This document shows positions 63,705-64,000 of a stretch of DNA of 64,000 nucleotides, in pieces. The notes below the pieces were generated by a model, which saw only the letters and a list, made by a program, of their open reading frames with translations, had not been told where the DNA came from and did no database searches. Source of the stretch: Mobula hypostoma (taxonomy: Eukaryota); assembly GCF_963921235.1 (NCBI RefSeq), contig NC_086097.1, positions 8,866,001 through 8,930,000 of the forward strand, in the 5' to 3' direction. Made by a program: the position numbers and the translations under genes. Positions within the stretch are counted from its first letter, which is position 1. Every line of letters starts with the position of its first letter.

Positions 63705-64000
63705 TGAATGGATCCTTTCTGGGTTGGCAGGCTGTGATTGGTGGGGTACTATAGGGTTCAGTGCTTGGGACCCAGCTACCACAATTGATATCAAATAGTT
63801 GACTGAAGGGAGTTGAATGTCATATTTCAACCTTTGCTGATGGTACTAACAAAATGGGTTGATGAGGACGTGAAGCAATTCCCAGAGAGATGTGAGCAAT
63901 GAAATAAATGTGAGCTGATGAAATAATATCTACAAAAATGTCATGTTTTTCATTTGATGGGAAAAATAGAAAAGCAGTATGGTTAAATTTCAAACAAGAG
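63705..64000 (+). mobile_element. Old CR1 RT fragment
   Basis: Decayed GVL*GSVLG and ISTFADGT motifs. Confidence 0.65.

Overview
This is eukaryotic, repeat-dominated, essentially non-coding genomic DNA. The repeat set (CR1, Rex1/Babar, RTE, L1, tRNA-headed SINEs, Penelope-like elements) looks like a cartilaginous fish, probably a ray; this is inferred from repeat composition only. No host gene, rRNA/tRNA gene or CRISPR array can be identified. Nearly all ORFs in the track are transposon fragments or spurious, and only a few weak candidate host exons remain. The most striking signal is about 20 pieces of a Neptune-type Penelope-like element (PLE). Their 3' UTR carries a minimal type I hammerhead ribozyme (agtc-CUGACGA-a-GGG-ucucgg-CCY-GAAA-CG-UC^gacu). 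Many copies are 130-300 bp fold-back hairpins with 11-16 bp target-site duplications (TSDs), and their fold-back points cluster in or next to the ribozyme. Also present are a second, Poseidon-like PLE with a decayed hammerhead, five 5'-complete copies of a ~650 bp non-tRNA SINE-like element, three solo LTRs with TSDs and a Gypsy pol remnant. There is also a young 5'-truncated L1, DNA-transposon MITEs, a higher-order minisatellite and several nested insertions. Boundaries given without a TSD are approximate (read by eye).
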